DNA from: Squalus acanthias
Lineage: Eukaryota
Assembly: GCA_030390025.1 (NCBI GenBank)
Contig: CM059432.1
Coordinates: forward strand, 141,176,001 to 141,240,000
Direction: 5' to 3'
Length of the DNA stretch: 64,000 bases
The position numbers were made by a program, and so were the translations under genes. A model generated the notes under the pieces. The model was not told the DNA's origin. It ran no database searches and was given only the letters and a program-made list of their open reading frames with translations. Shown one piece after another: positions 11,480 through 24,651 of the stretch. Every line of letters starts with the position of its first letter. Within the stretch, counting starts at the first letter, position 1.

Positions 11480-14400
11480 GACTATAGAGTAATGATAATG
11501 GGGGACTTCAATTAGCCTAATATAGACTGGGATAGTAATAGTGTATAGGGCAGCGAGGGGGAAGAATTTCTGAAGTGTGTTCAGGAGAACTTCCTTGATC
11601 AGTATGTTTCCGGCCCAACAAGGAAGGAGGCATTGCTGGATCTGGTTCTGGAGAATGAGGTAGGTCAAGTGGAGCAAGTGTCAGTAGGTGAACATTTAGG
11701 GAACAGTGATCATAGTATCATAAGGTTTAGATTAGCTATGGGAAAGGACAGGGAGCAATCTAGAGTAAAAAAATACTTAATTGGAGGAAGGCTAATTTCA
11801 ATGGGATGAGAACGGATCTAGCCCGGGTAAATTGGAATCAAAGATTGGCAGGCAAAACTGTAATGGAACAATGGGCTGCCTTTAAAGAGGAAATAGTTCG
11901 GGTACAGTCGACGAAAGAGATAGAGAGTAAGATGAAGCAGAAAAAGAGCGCGTATGACAGATGTCAGGTCGAGAATACCTCTGAGAATCAGGCCAAATAT
12001 AGAAAGTTCAGAGAAACATAGAAACATAGAAGATAGGAGCAGGAGTAGGCCATTCGGCCCCTCGAGCCTGTTCCGCCATTCAATGCGATCATGGCTGATC
12101 ATCCAAATTCAGTACCCTGTCCCTGCTTTCTCCCCATATCCCTTGATCCCCTTAGCCTTAAGAATTATATCTAACTCCTTCTTGAATATATTTAATGAAT
12201 TGGCCTCAACTGCCTTCTGTGGTAGAGAATTCCACAGATTCACCACTCTCTGGGTGAAGAAATTCCTCCTCATCTCAGTCCTAAATGGCTTACCCCTTAT
12301 CCTTAGACTGTGACCCCTGGTTCTGGACTCCCCGGCCATCGGGAACATCCTTCCTGCATCTAGTCTGTCTAGTCCTGTTAGAATTTTATAAGTTTCAATG
12401 AGATCCCCTCTCATTCTTCTAAACTCTAGCGAATATAAGCCTAATCGACCCAATCTCTCTTCATACGTCATTCCTGCCATCCCAGGTATCAGTCTGGTGA
12501 ATCTTCGCTGCACTCCCTCCATGGCAAGAACATCCTTCCTCAGATAAGGCGACCAAAACTGCACACACTACTCAAGGTGTGGTCTCACCAAGGCCCTGTA
12601 CAACTGCAGCAAGACATCCTTGCTCCTGTACTCGAATCCTCTCGCTATGAAGGCCAACATACCATTTGCCGCCTTAACCGCCTGCTGCACCTGCATGCTT
12701 ACCTTCAGCGACTGGTGCACAAGGACACCCAGGTCTCGTTGCACTTCCCCTTTTCCCAATCTATTGCCGTTCAGATAATAATCTGCCTTCCTGTTTTTGC
12801 CACCAAAGTGGATAACCTCGCATTTATCCACATTATACTGCATCTGCCATGCATCTGCCCAATCACCTAACCTGTCCAAATCATACTGGAGTTTCTCTGC
12901 ATCCTCCTCACAGCACACACGTCCACCCAGCTTTGTGTCGTCTGCAAACTTGGAGATATTACATCTAGTTCCCTCGTCTAGATCATTAATATATATTGTG
13001 AATAACTGGGGTCCCGGTACCCCACTAGTCACTGCCTGCCACTCGGAAAAAGACCCGTTTATTCCAACTCTTTCCTTCCTGTCTGCCAACAAGTCAGTAC
13101 CTTACCCCCAATCCCATGTGCTTTAACTTTGCACGCTAATCTCTTATGCGGGACCTTATCGAAAGCCTTCTGAAAGTCCAAATACACCACATCCACTGGT
13201 TCTCCCTTATCCTACCAGTTACATCCTCAAAAAATTCCAGTAGATTAGTCAAGCATGATTTACCTTTTGTAAATCCAGAGGAGAAGCGAAAAAGAAAATA
13301 AGAGGGGCAAAGAGAGGGTATGAGAATAGAATGGCAGCTAACATAAAAGGTAATCCAAAAGTCTTCTTTAGGCATATAAATAGTAAACGGGTAGTAAGAG
13401 GAGGGGTGGGGCCGATTAGGGACCGAAAAGGAGATCTACGCTTGAAGGCAGAGGGCATGGCTGAGGTGCTAAATGAGTACTTTGCATCTGTCTTCACCAA
13501 GGAAGAAGATGTTGCCACAGACATAGTGAAGGAGGAGGTAGAGGAGATACTGGATGGAATAAAAATTGATAAAGAGGAGGTACTAGAAAGGCTGGCTGTA
13601 CTTAAAGTAGATGAGTCACCAGGACCAGATGGGATGCATCCTAGGACTCTGAGGGAAGTGAAGGAAGAAATCGCGGAGGTACTGGCCATAATCTTCCAAT
13701 CCTCCTTAGAAACGGGGGTGGACTGGACAATTGCAAATGTTACACCCTTGTTCAAAAAAGGGTGTAAAGATAAACCCAGCAACTACAGGCCAGTCAGTTT
13801 AACCTCAGTAGTGGGAAGCTTTTAGAAACAATAATCAGGGACAAAATTAACAGTCACTTGGACAAGTGTGGATTAATTAAGGAAAGCCAGCACGGATTTG
13901 TTAAAGGCAAATCATGTTTAACCAACTTGATTGAGTTTTTTGATGAGCTTACAGAGAGGGTTGATGAGGGCAATGCGGTTGACATGGTGTACATGGATTT
14001 CCAAAAGGCGTTTGACAAAGTACCACAAAATAAGCTTGCCAGCAAAGTTGAACCCCATGGAATAAAAGGGACAGTGGCAGAATGGTTACGAAACTGGCTA
14101 AGTGACAGGAAACAGAGTAGTGGTGAATGGTTTTTCGGACTGGAGGAAGGTATACAGTGGTGTTCCCCAGGGGTCGGTTCTAGGACCACTGCTTTTCTTG
14201 ATATATATTAATGACTTGGACATGGGTATACAGGGCACAATTTCAAAATTTACAGATGACACAAAACTTTGAAGTATAGTGAACAGTGAGGAGGATAGTG
14301 ATAGACTTCAAGAGGACATAGACAGGCTGGTGGAATGGGCGGAAACGTGGCAGATGAAATTTAATGCAGAAAAGTGCAAAGTGATACATTTTGGTAGAAA

Positions 14401-15177
14401 GAATGAAGAGAGGGAATATAAACTAAAGGGTACAATCCTAAAGGGGGTGCATGAACAGAGAGACCTGCGGGGTATATGTGCACAAATTATTGAAGGTGGC
14501 AGGGCAGGTTGAGAAATCAGTTAAAAAAGCTTACGGGATCCTGGGCTTCATGAATAGAGGTATAGAGTACAAAAGCATGGAAATTATGATGAACCTTTAT
14601 AAAACACTGGTTTGGCCTCAACTAGAGTATTGTGTCCAATTCTGGGCACCGTACTTTAGGAAGGATGTGAAGGCCTTAGAGAGGGTGCAGAAAAGATTTA
14701 CAAGAATGATTCTAGGGATGAGGGACTTCAGTTACGTCAATAGACTGGAGAGGCTGGGGTTGCTCTCCTTAGAGCAGAGAAGATTGAGAGGAGATTTGAT
14801 AGAGGTGTTCAAAATCATGAGGGATCTGGACAGAGTAGATAGAGAGAAACTGTTCCCATTGGCGGAAGGGTCGAGAACCAGAGGACACAGATTTAAGGTG
14901 ATTGGCAGAAGAACCAAAGGTGACATGAGGAAAAACTTTTTTAATCAGCGAGTGGTTAGGATCTGGAATGCACTGCCTGAAAGGGCGGTGGAGGCAGATT
15001 CAATCGTGGCTTTCAAAAGGGAATTAGATAAGTACCTGAAGGAAAAAAATTTGCAGAGCTACGGGAAAGGGCGGGGGAGTGGGACTAGCTGAAGTGCTCT
15101 TGCAGAGAGCTGGCGGGGGGCTCGATGGGCCGAATGGCCTTCTTCCGTGCTGTAACCATTGTAGGATTCTATGATTC
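11480..15177 (+). mobile_element. Long decayed CR1 LINE (endonuclease end plus RT), interrupted at 12014-13275
   Basis: SPGPDGMHPR, NYRPVSLTS, YMDFQKAFDKVP; frameshifts; tail gattctat. Confidence 0.93.
12014..13275 (-). mobile_element. CR1 of a second subfamily nested in opposite orientation
   Basis: KFADDTK ORFs; (tttctatg) tail; cagag duplicated at 12009-12013 and 13276-13280. Confidence 0.92.
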
Positions 15178-16027
15178 TAATGAGACCGCCAGGGATCAGA
15201 GGCACAGTGCCAGAGTACATACTGATAAATACCCACTGGACCAGCAAAAATCAAGATGCATATGGACTGTGACATTTTTGGGGAGTTCCACATATGCTTG
15301 ACATCAACCCGATCCCTCAGCCCACTAGAGATCGAGTTCATATTTCCATGATAGGAAATTTTAACAAAATTCAAATAATAGCCAGAGCTGCTGTGATGCC
15401 AGGAAACTTTGGGCAGAAGACCAGAAATTACACTTTACAGTCACACAAAGACTATTTATTGTAACCACTCCCTAATTTTTCCAAGGACCAGATTCTTGCC
15501 ACTAGTTTGCCCACCTGTATTCCAAAGCATACATTTGGGATTTTGACAACTTGAAAGTAGAATTCTGAACCTCAATCCACAGTTCTAGACTGAGATTCCC
15601 CTGACCCGCTCATCCCTAATTCACGAGGCAGTAGGTTGAAGCCCAAAAGCGATCATCTAAAGTTTTGCCCAATATGGACCTTTTGCATTCAAATGCACCT
15701 GTGCCTTTAAAAAAAAAAGCGCTGGAGCAAATCTGGAGAGAGTTTCCAAGAGGGAATTTCACCAGAAGAGCCACGGGAAATTGGGTTGAATATCATTCAC
15801 CCCATTTCTCCGGGGTTCCTGTAGCTCTTCCCCCAAAGTTACAGCAGATAAGTGGAGAACCCCCATGGATATTCAGCCCACATGTCACACTGTGCTTGTG
15901 TGATGTGTTGTTGGGGCTCTGCTGAAGGTTTTCCCTCATTACGACAGCTAGTCTGCTATGGCTGGAGCCACAACTTGTACTGAAGTGATGAGATGGATAG
16001 TCCTATGCTTATTGTTAGACAGTAAAA

Positions 16028-16462
16028 AGAAAGACGTTTATATAGCACCTTTCAGACCTCAGGACATCCCAAAGCGCTTTACAGCCAATAATGTACTTTT
16101 TGAAGTGTAGTCATTGTTGTATTGTAGGAAATGCGGTAGCCAATTTGCGCACAGCAAGCTCCCACACACAGCAATGTGATAATGACCTGATCATCTTTTT
16201 TTGTGGTGTTGGTTGAGGGATAATTATTGGCCCAGGACACCGGGGAGAACTCCCCGGCTCTTCTTCGAAATAGTGCCATGGGACCTTTTACATCCACCTG
16301 ACAGGGCAGACAGGGCCTTGGTTTAATGTCTCATCCGAAAGACAGCACCTCAGACAGTGCAGCACTCCCTCAGTACTGCACTGGGTGTGTCAGCCTGGAT
16401 TATGTGCTCAAGTCTCTGGAGTGGGACTTGAACCCACAAGCTCCTGACTCGGAGGCGAGAGT
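16028..16462 (-). mobile_element. DeuSINE (SacSINE1-like)
   Basis: tRNA-like head, Deu core, L2-type tail. Confidence 0.85.
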
Positions 16463-16546
16463 AGAAAATTGCTCACAAAACGAGTAATATATTTGTGAAG
16501 CATAAAACCTGTGGTTCAATAGTGCAGCATGAAACCAGCGCTTTAC

Positions 16547-16624
16547 CTGGCGCTCCTGGTGGTCCTCTTGGTCCTTGCTTGCTGAGGCCTGAAGTTCCCC
16601 GATCTCCTTTCTCACCCGACAAAC
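16547..16624 (-). CDS. col14a1: COL1 exon (LSGEKGDRGTSGLSKQGPRGPPGAP), 78 nt, phase 1/1
   Basis: tttcgtag/gtaaag; contains first COL1 imperfection GLSKQG. Confidence 0.95.
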
Positions 16625-16779
16625 CTACGAAAATTCAACAGCTTGAACAAACTCACACCACCGTACATGGAACCCAGGCTACAGCTCACCTTTCGAGAGC
16701 AGTACCAAACTCACAATTGTTTCAACTAAATTATAGCGTTTTTGTTAGCATTGACTTGTTGTTTACATTCTCTTTGATG

Positions 16780-17262
16780 CTCACCAGAATGTTACCAGGG
16801 CTCCAAGAGTTAAATTATGAGGAGCGATTACATAAACTAGGCTGGTATTCCCTGGAATATAGAAGGTTAAGGGGTAATTTGATTGAGGTTTTTACGGTTT
16901 TGAAAGGAATTGATGGGGCAGATAGAGAGAAACTTTATTCTGCTGGTGGGGGAGTCTAGGACAAGGGGACATAACCTTAAAATCAGAGCCAGGCCATTCA
17001 GGAGAGAAGTTAGGAAACATTTCTTCACACAAAAGGTGGTAGAAGTGTGGAACTCTCTCCCACAAAAAGCAGTAGATGCTAGCTTAATAAATTATTTTAA
17101 ATCTGAGATTGATAGCTTTTTGGTAGCCAATGGTATTAAGGGATATGGAGCCAAGACAGGTGGATAGAGTTAGGATACAGATCAGCCATGATGCAATTTA
17201 ATGGCGGAACTGGCTCGAGGGGCTGAATGGCCCACTCCTGTTCCTATGTTCCTTCCTATGTT
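16780..17262 (+). mobile_element. CR1 3' fragment
   Basis: RRLRGNLIEVF, HFFTQKVVEVWNSLP. Confidence 0.85.
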
Positions 17263-17632
17263 CACCATCGGTTAAGAGTAAAGGTGAGTAGAGCTTTGCC
17301 TCATATCTGTTGCTGGGCTTTTATTTAATGTTAATCCCGCCAAGAAACTCATTTTCAGCTTTCTTGCTAATGACTGCAAGTGTCAAACCAAACCAGTCAA
17401 CCAACCCTTTCTCATGTAAAACAAAAGAAAAATGAATTAAGAACTTGATGGTGATTAATGTTGCAAACTGGCTGCTGTTCGCTGATTGAAGTTGCCAATG
17501 TCCATTTAGTTGGTGCCGGCAGCAAATCCTGTGATCGCAACATGTTCATTTGTTGCCCGTTGTGAATGTACAGGCAATTAATGATTTACAATGAACATTT
17601 GAATAACACTCCTGATTTGCTACTCAGTTGCA

Positions 17633-17654
17633 TGTGTGTGTGTGTGTGTGTGTG
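17633..17654. repeat. (TG)n microsatellite
   Basis: Direct reading. Confidence 0.95.
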
Positions 17655-17789
17655 TATATATACTGTAGTAGCATTGCTTAATGAACCTGCTTGTAGTTTT
17701 GAATTATAATATCATTAAGCATAGTCTGTGTTGGATGCCACAACAGATTATTTGCTCCTGCTTCAGTCGCCTAGATAGCTGCGAGAAAA

Positions 17790-18290
17790 GGAAGGATATA
17801 TTGGCCTTAGAGGGGCTGCAGCCCAAATTCATCAGAATGTAACTGGGTCTAAAAGGGCTAAATTATGAGGACAGGTTGCATAGACTAGGCTTCTCTTGAG
17901 TATAGAAGATTAAGGGGTGATCTAACTGAGGCATTTAAGATGATTAAAGGAGTTGATAGGGTAGATAGAGAGAAACTATTTCCTCTGGTGGGGGAGTCCA
18001 GAACAAGAGGGCATAAACTTAAAATTAGAGCCAGGCCGTTCAGGGGTGATGTCAGGAAGCACTTCTTCACACAAAGGGTCGTGGAAATCTGGAACTCTCT
18101 CCCCTAAAAAGCTGTTGAGGCTGGGGGTCAATTGACAATTTCAAAACTGAGATTGATAGATTTTTGTTAGGCAAAGGGTATTAAGGGTTACGGAACCAAT
18201 GCAGATGGAGTTAAGATACAGATCAGCCATGATCTAATTGAATGGCAGAACAGGCTCGAGGGGCTGAATGGTCTACAACTGTTCCTATGT
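17790..18290 (+). mobile_element. CR1 3' fragment
   Basis: Same subfamily as 16780. Confidence 0.85.
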
Positions 18291-18415
18291 AAGTCGACCG
18301 TTTTAATTTTGAACTCCTGATATATTATAACACTCCTAATATATTCGTTCAAGCTATCCCCATCTGGGCACTTAGTACTTTGGCCATAATTATCGAACGT
18401 TCTATAATCTGTTCT

Positions 18416-19171
18416 TCTTCTTCTTAGGTAGTCCCTCGGAACTGAGGTTGACTTGCTTCCACACTAAATATGAGTTCTCAGGTGACTGATGAGTCCAATG
18501 TGGGACCTACAGTCTCTGTCACAGGTAGGGCAGACGGTGGTTGAAGGGGCAGGCGGGTGGGGTGCTTGGGTTGACGTGCGCTCCTTCCGCTGTTTGCGCT
18601 TGGCTTCCGCTTGCTCCTGGCGAAGAGACTCGAGGTGTTCGGTGCCTTCCCGGATGCTTCTCCTCCACTTTGTGCGGTCTTAGGCCAGGGATTCCCAGGT
18701 GTCGATGGGGATGTTGCACTTTTTCAAGGAGCCTTTGAGGGTGTCCTTGAAGCATTTTTTCTGCCCACCTGGGGCTCTCTTGCCGTGTCGGAGCTCCGAG
18801 TAGAGCCCTTGTTTTGGGAGTCTCGTATCGGGCATGCAGACGATGTGGCCCGTCCATCGGAGCTGATCGAGCGTGGTCAAAGCTTCGATGCTGGGGATGT
18901 TGGCCTGAGCGAGAACACTGACGTTGGTGTGCCTATCCTGCCAATGGATTTGCAGGATCTTGCGGATGGCAGCATTGGTGGTACCTCTCCAGTGCTTTGA
19001 GGTGCCTGCTGTACATGGTCCATGTCTCTGAAGCATACAGGAGGGCGGGTATCACTACTGCTCTGTAGACCATGAGCTTGATGCTGGGTTTGAGGTCCTG
19101 GTCTTCAAACACTCTCTTCCTCAGGCGACCGAAGGTGCACTGGCACACTGAAGGCGGTGTTGGACTTCGTC
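18416..19171 (-). mobile_element. 5'-truncated RTE-clade LINE
   Basis: LLYASETW, RKILQIHWQD, QLRWTGHIV.MPDTRLPKQ.LYSEL; (GAA)n tail; TSD atctgttct at 18407-18415 and 19172-19180. Confidence 0.9.
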
Positions 19172-19399
19172 ATCTGTTCTAACAGCTACGCCGATATACA
19201 TTTTGCCTTGTTATTGTGAATTTGCCTGAAGATGGGATGAAATTACTATTTGGGTTGATGTGTTGGTGAAATCAACGCCAGGTGGGTTTTTTTTTTAGAC
19301 AATTTATTTCTCGTTTATATGAATGTCTTCGTTATTTATAAAAAAGAAAACATCTACAGCTCGTAACATCCTGTCACATTTTTACATAAACAGTGGAGA

Positions 19400-19883
19400 A
19401 CGTTCTCCTTAGTGCAGAGAAGGTAAAGGGGACTTCAGTTATGTGAAGAGATTGGAGAAGCTGGGACTGTTCTCCTTGGAGCAGGGAAGGTTTAGGGGAG
19501 ATTAAATAGAGGTGTTTAAAATTATGAAGGGTTTTGATAGAATAAATAACGAGAAACTGTTTCCAGCAGCAGGAGGGTCAGTAACCAGAGGACAAAGATT
19601 TAAGATAATTGGCAAAAGAACCAGAGGGGAGATGAGGAGAATTTTTTTATTTTTTTTTAAGCAGCGAGTTCTTATGATCTGGAATTCACTGCCTGAAGGG
19701 GTGGTGGAAGCAGATTCAATAGTAACTTTCAAAAGAGAATTGGATAAATACTTGAAAAGGAAAGATTTGCAGGGCTGTGGGGAAAGAGCGAGGGTGAGTG
19801 GGACTAATTGGAGAGCTCTTTCAAAGAGCTGGCACAGGCACGCTGGACCGAATGGCCTCCTTCTGTGCTGTATTATTCTATGA
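19400..19883 (+). mobile_element. CR1 3' fragment
   Basis: FKIMKGFDR...WNSLPEGVVEADS. Confidence 0.85.
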
Positions 19884-20057
19884 TGCGGAGATGCCGGTGT
19901 TGGACTGGGGTGGACAAAAATGAGAAGTCGCACAACACCAGGTTATAGTCCAACAGATTTATTTAAAATTACATATTTTTAATGTTTTAACATAAAATTT
20001 TAAATTGTAATTTTAAATAAATCTGTTGGACTATAACCTGGTGTTGTGCGACTTCTC
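19884..20057. mobile_element. Penelope-like fold-back mini-insertion
   Basis: 52-bp inverted repeat; flanked by 14-bp direct repeat gtattattctatga. Confidence 0.75.
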
Positions 20058-20091
20058 GTATTATTCTATGACATGACATTTACATTATTAC

Positions 20092-20280
20092 CTCTTTCTC
20101 CTGGCCTGCCGGGCATGCCTGGATTGCCGGGGAATCCTGGTCGGCCTTGAGGTCCTTGTTCTCCTGGTGGACCTGCAGATCCCTCACGGCCAGGTTCTCC
20201 CGGAGGCCCTGGAGCCGGCCGTACTTGAACCGAGTTGCTGGGAATGTGGTTGAGAATGGAGTTGTATCTGGACAAGTGGC
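20092..20280 (-). CDS. col14a1: NC2/COL1 exon ([32 protein letters not shown]...GRPGER), 189 nt, phase 1/1
   Basis: ttcttag/gtaata; frame continuous with neighbouring exons. Confidence 0.96.
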
Positions 20281-20942
20281 CTAAGAAAATCAGAACGTCC
20301 AAATATGAGGACTCGTGCCACAAACATACACACAGAGGTTACATTAGCTTCAAGGACAACACCACATCATTTTATGAATGTTTCCAAACCCATGAGCTTC
20401 CCTTTTCAGTCTGACTCATTAGTGGAAAAATAATATTGAAATCAATTTTTTATAATACTTGAATCTTCTGTGACTATGACCACATATATGGTTGATATAG
20501 AAATATATATAATTCAGAGACAGCTGTTACATGGAATTTACAGCACAGAAACAGGCCATTCGGCCCAACTGGTCCATGTCGGTGTTCATGTTCCACACGA
20601 GCCTCCTCCCGCCCCTCTTCATCTCACCCTATCAGCATATCCTTCTATTCCCTTCTCCCTCATGTGTTTATCTAGCTTCTCCTTAAATGCATTTATGTAA
20701 GTTTAATATAACTTCTCTGCTTTTCAATTCTATCCCACTAGAAATTAACCCCAGTGCTTTATTTGCTTTTTTTATGGGCTTATTACCTTGTGTCGCTACT
20801 TTGAGTGATTTGTGTATCTGTACCTCTAGATCCCACTGCTCCTCTACCCCATTTAGACTATTATTTTCCAAGGAGTATGTGGCCTCCTTATTCCTCCTAC
20901 CAAAAAGCACCACCTCACACTTATCTATACAGTGACCACAGT

Positions 20943-21072
20943 CAATGTTCCCTCTAATTTTTTTTTGGGCCACGCGGCCCATTCAAAAATCCACCCATGC
21001 GCGGTTTTTGCATTTAAAAGCCGGTGAGCTGGCTGGGCGGGAGGTACACCGCGCAGCGTAAAGGGAACATTG
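20943..21072. mobile_element. hAT-like MITE
   Basis: TIR caatgttccct / agggaacattg; 8-bp TSD accacagt/accatagt; related copy about 35046-35202. Confidence 0.8.
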
Positions 21073-21082
21073 ACCATAGTGC

Positions 21083-21580
21083 ACTGTCCCTCCTCATGCT
21101 CTTCAACCTGTCTGCAGCCTTTGACACGGTCAACCACACCATCTTGCTCCAAAACCTGTCCTCCACTGTCCAGCTCAGTGGGACTGCCCTCGTTTGGTTC
21201 CACGCTTACCTGTCTGATCATAGTCAGAGCATCACCAGCAATGGTTTCTCTTCCCGTCCCCCCACAGTTACCTCTGGAGTCCCCACAAGGATTTATCCCT
21301 GGCCCCCTCCTCTTCCTCATCTACATGCTGTCCCTCGGATACGTCATCGGAAACCATGGGGTCAGCTTCCATATGTACGCTGACGACACCCAGCTCCACC
21401 CCTCCACCACCTCTCTTGACCCTTCTACTGCCTCTGTATCTGTCAGGCTGCTTGTCCGACATCCAGTCTTGGATGAGCCGCAATTCCTCCAATGAAACAT
21501 TGGGAAGACCGAAGCCATCGTCTTCAGCACCCGCCACAAACTCCGTTGCCGTGCCACCGATTCCATCCCCCTCACCGGCC
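21083..21580 (+). mobile_element. L2-clade LINE RT fragment
   Basis: [27 protein letters not shown]. Confidence 0.85.
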
Positions 21581-21913
21581 ACCGTCCCAGGTTTCCATAT
21601 GGCAGCCACCAGAAGCAGCAGTAGGTGGGGCAGATGGGGCAGGGTAAGCCTCCAGTGACCCAGACACTGCTTCCCTGCCACTATCTGCATGTGGCAAATG
21701 ACCAGCTGCAGTCCTGGCCGGGAAAATCCGGTTGAAGCGATCAGGTAGAGCTGGGCCTTACTGCCTGAATTCACTGGACTTCAAAGTAATTAACTGTGTA
21801 TGAATCACTTCGATTTTTTTTTTTAAGATATGGTCAGGCACCGCATTAATACATGTATTGCTTCCCTTTCCTTTTCCCTTTTGTTGCGAGTGAGCACCTG
21901 CTCTCCATTCAGC

Positions 21914-22760
21914 TAGTGTTGCCAACTCTGGTTGGACTTATTCCTGGAAATTTCATCACATGACCTCCAACTGCTTCGCCCCCCCGCACGCCCACCATTG
22001 GTCGCCCAACACGTCCATCCTCACGGTGCCCCACCTTCCCATGGCCAATCGAAAAGCGAACAGACTCTTCATTACCCAATTGGAAGATTCTAACAGGAAC
22101 GGTAGCATAGTGGTTATGTTACTGGACTAGTAATCCAGAGGCCTGGACTAATGATCCGGCGACATGCAATTCAAATCCCACCACGGCAGCTGGGGAATTT
22201 AAATTCAGTTAATTAAATAAATCTGGAATAAAAAGCTAGTATCAGTAATGGTGACCATGAATACAACCAGATTGTCATAAAAACCGATCTGGTTCACTAA
22301 TGTTCCTTCAGAGAAGGCAATCTGCTACCCTTACCCGTCTGGCCTACATGTGACTCCAGACCCACAGCAATGTGGTTGACTCTTAACTGCCCTCTGATTT
22401 GGCCTAGCAAGCCACTCAGTTGTACCAAACTGCTACAAAGAACAGCAGTTCCAGGCGGTGGCTCACCACCACCTTCTCAAGGGGCAATTAGGGATGGGCA
22501 ATAAATGCTGGCCTTGCCGGCAACACCCACATGTACAAATAAAATAATTCTTGACTGTCAGTCAAACAGCCTTCCCCCCCAATCTCCAATATTTTTATAA
22601 CTAATAAACAGAAGTATTTGAAGAAAATGAAAAAAAAAAATCACGTTATTACAATTGGCCCTATGATTTTCCTCCCGGGTTTTTGCTCGCAGCAGTGTCC
22701 TGGAGATTAATCTTCAATTCCTGGAGACTGCAGGGCAGTCCTGGAGGGTTGGCAACTCTA
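21914..22760 (-). mobile_element. hAT (Blackjack-like) MITE with nested SINE
   Basis: TIRs tagtgttgccaac / gttggcaactcta; TSD cattcagc/gattcagc. Confidence 0.8.
22092..22546 (+). mobile_element. tRNA-derived SINE whose tail is shared with the LINE fragment at about 39120-39425
   Basis: A-box tagcatagtgg; tail gctcaccaccaccttctcaagggcaattagggatgggcaataaatgctggcc; attct duplicated at ends. Confidence 0.75.
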
Positions 22761-23076
22761 GATTCAGCATCTGCCCTAGCCAGCTCAGCCAATCTGATAA
22801 CCCATTGTCTGAGGAAGTCACATGACTACGTTTAAAGGTGCTAGATCAATGCAGGTTCTTGTTGTGGGGTAAACTGTGCATCCTACTACTCTGGTACAGC
22901 TGTCTGAAGCGCCATTGCCTTGTCCAACTCACTTAAATCGCCTTTTAGAACAGCTTGAAAGAAATATGCACGGAAAGTGCTTCTTCATCCGTGACAAGAA
23001 TCAGAAATGGCACCTTTTCCACTATAAGCCCTGGAATGCCCATACAATAACTGAAAGTCTCGCAGCAATGACTCAC

Positions 23077-23143
23077 TCTGGATTAGTTGCTCGCACACTT
23101 GTTGGGCAATCATGCGAACCGAACTTTGGGATTGGGTATCACC
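23077..23143 (-). CDS. col14a1: COL2/NC2 exon (GDTQSQSSVRMIAQQVCEQLIQ), 67 nt, phase 0/1
   Basis: ttccccag/gtgagt; QVCEQLIQS NC2 motif. Confidence 0.96.
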
Positions 23144-24075
23144 CTGGGGAAAGAAAACAATATCAACAATGAAATATGGTGTAAATTGTATTAAAACAAC
23201 ACTTGGCAGTAGGGTTAGGCACAACGCAGGGGTTAAAATTACAACAAAAAAGATTGCGGCCTGGAGTTTCCGCTCGATTGCGTTAGTTCTTTTGGTGCAA
23301 TTCCCCCTCCGATATCGGCATAACCGCACAAAAGATCGCAGACTTTTAAGCACATCTGCCTGGGCCCCAAGCTCTGGGATTCCCTCCCTAAACCTCTCCG
23401 CCTCTCTCTCCTCCTTTAAGATGCTCCTTAAAACTTATCTCTTGGACCAAGCTTTTGGTCACCTGTCCTAATATCTCCTTATGTGGCTCGGTGTCAAATT
23501 TTATCTGATAACGCTCCATTACTACATTAAAGGGGCTATATAAATGCAAGAGTTGTTGTTGGTGTAATATGGATGCCATAACTTTGATTCTTGTATTGTT
23601 GCAATTGAACAGTGTTTCAGTTGGAGCTATTGCCTGTGCGTTCACTTTCATGTGGGATTTCTGCCCGTGTATCCAAATGGGTAGAAACCCCCTAAGACCA
23701 TTTCACTTAAACCAATGATGCATCTCTTGTGGTTTTATTCATGGCCACCTCATACAAGTCACATGCGTAAATGCACATTTGAAGAAAAAGCACCACATAC
23801 TAAGACTTAAATATTACACTGCCCTTTTAACACTTTGATTGCTTTCTGCTTTTCTGGGCTGGCTGATTTCAGCTTATGAACCACAACACTCACACACACA
23901 CCACACACACACACACTTAGTGCATCCAGCATCAGGGATAGCTTTATATTGCAGTAACCCTAAACTAAAAAAAAAGCTTGAAATACACTTATAATTAAAA
24001 ATTAAGAAAAAAAATCTGGATCACTTTAAATCTACTCAGGAGTAAGAACTCTTACGGTCCTGACAATCCGCCTAT

Positions 24076-24651
24076 GGGTGTATCTTACCGTAAGTGGCCG
24101 AGATTTGACCACTGGGAACTTCCACTGATAACCTAGAGTCAATAGGAGGTTCTCTTATTTGCCTGCCTGCGATGGATCCCTGCACCTCTAGAGGTGTATC
24201 TAGTGCGCATACCATACCAGAACATCTGGCAGAGGTGGCCAAATGGAGGGGGAGTGTTCCCCCCTCTTTCCCCATTCTCCTCCCCCAGGGAGGGATCTAT
24301 AGCTGCTGTTCCCTGTGGGCCACCTTGAAAGGCAACCTTTAACATTAAAAAAAAATGTTCCTCTTTTTTTCCCTCAAGGGGTCCAGCTCACTATCCCAGC
24401 CTGTATCCCAATTCTGCCCCTCAGCGGGGTTAATCGAACCTCCGCTGACCATACGCTGGGTCACACTGAGGCCCCGTGGACGCAGTACTTTCTGACGTGG
24501 GGCAGTCTTTGGCCCTTGACCTCGTCACCTTACGATGACGGCTATTTCGGGACATTGCGAGGCTCTGACTCCAATAGGCCCTCCCGGATATAAAGCTGGG
24601 GCCTGGCATATCTGAGTCTTGGCTTCCCATCTAAGTTATGGTAAGAATACG
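24076..24651. mobile_element. Non-autonomous DNA element with imperfect TIRs
   Basis: gggtgtatcttaccgtaa / ttatggtaagaatacgc. Confidence 0.55.
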
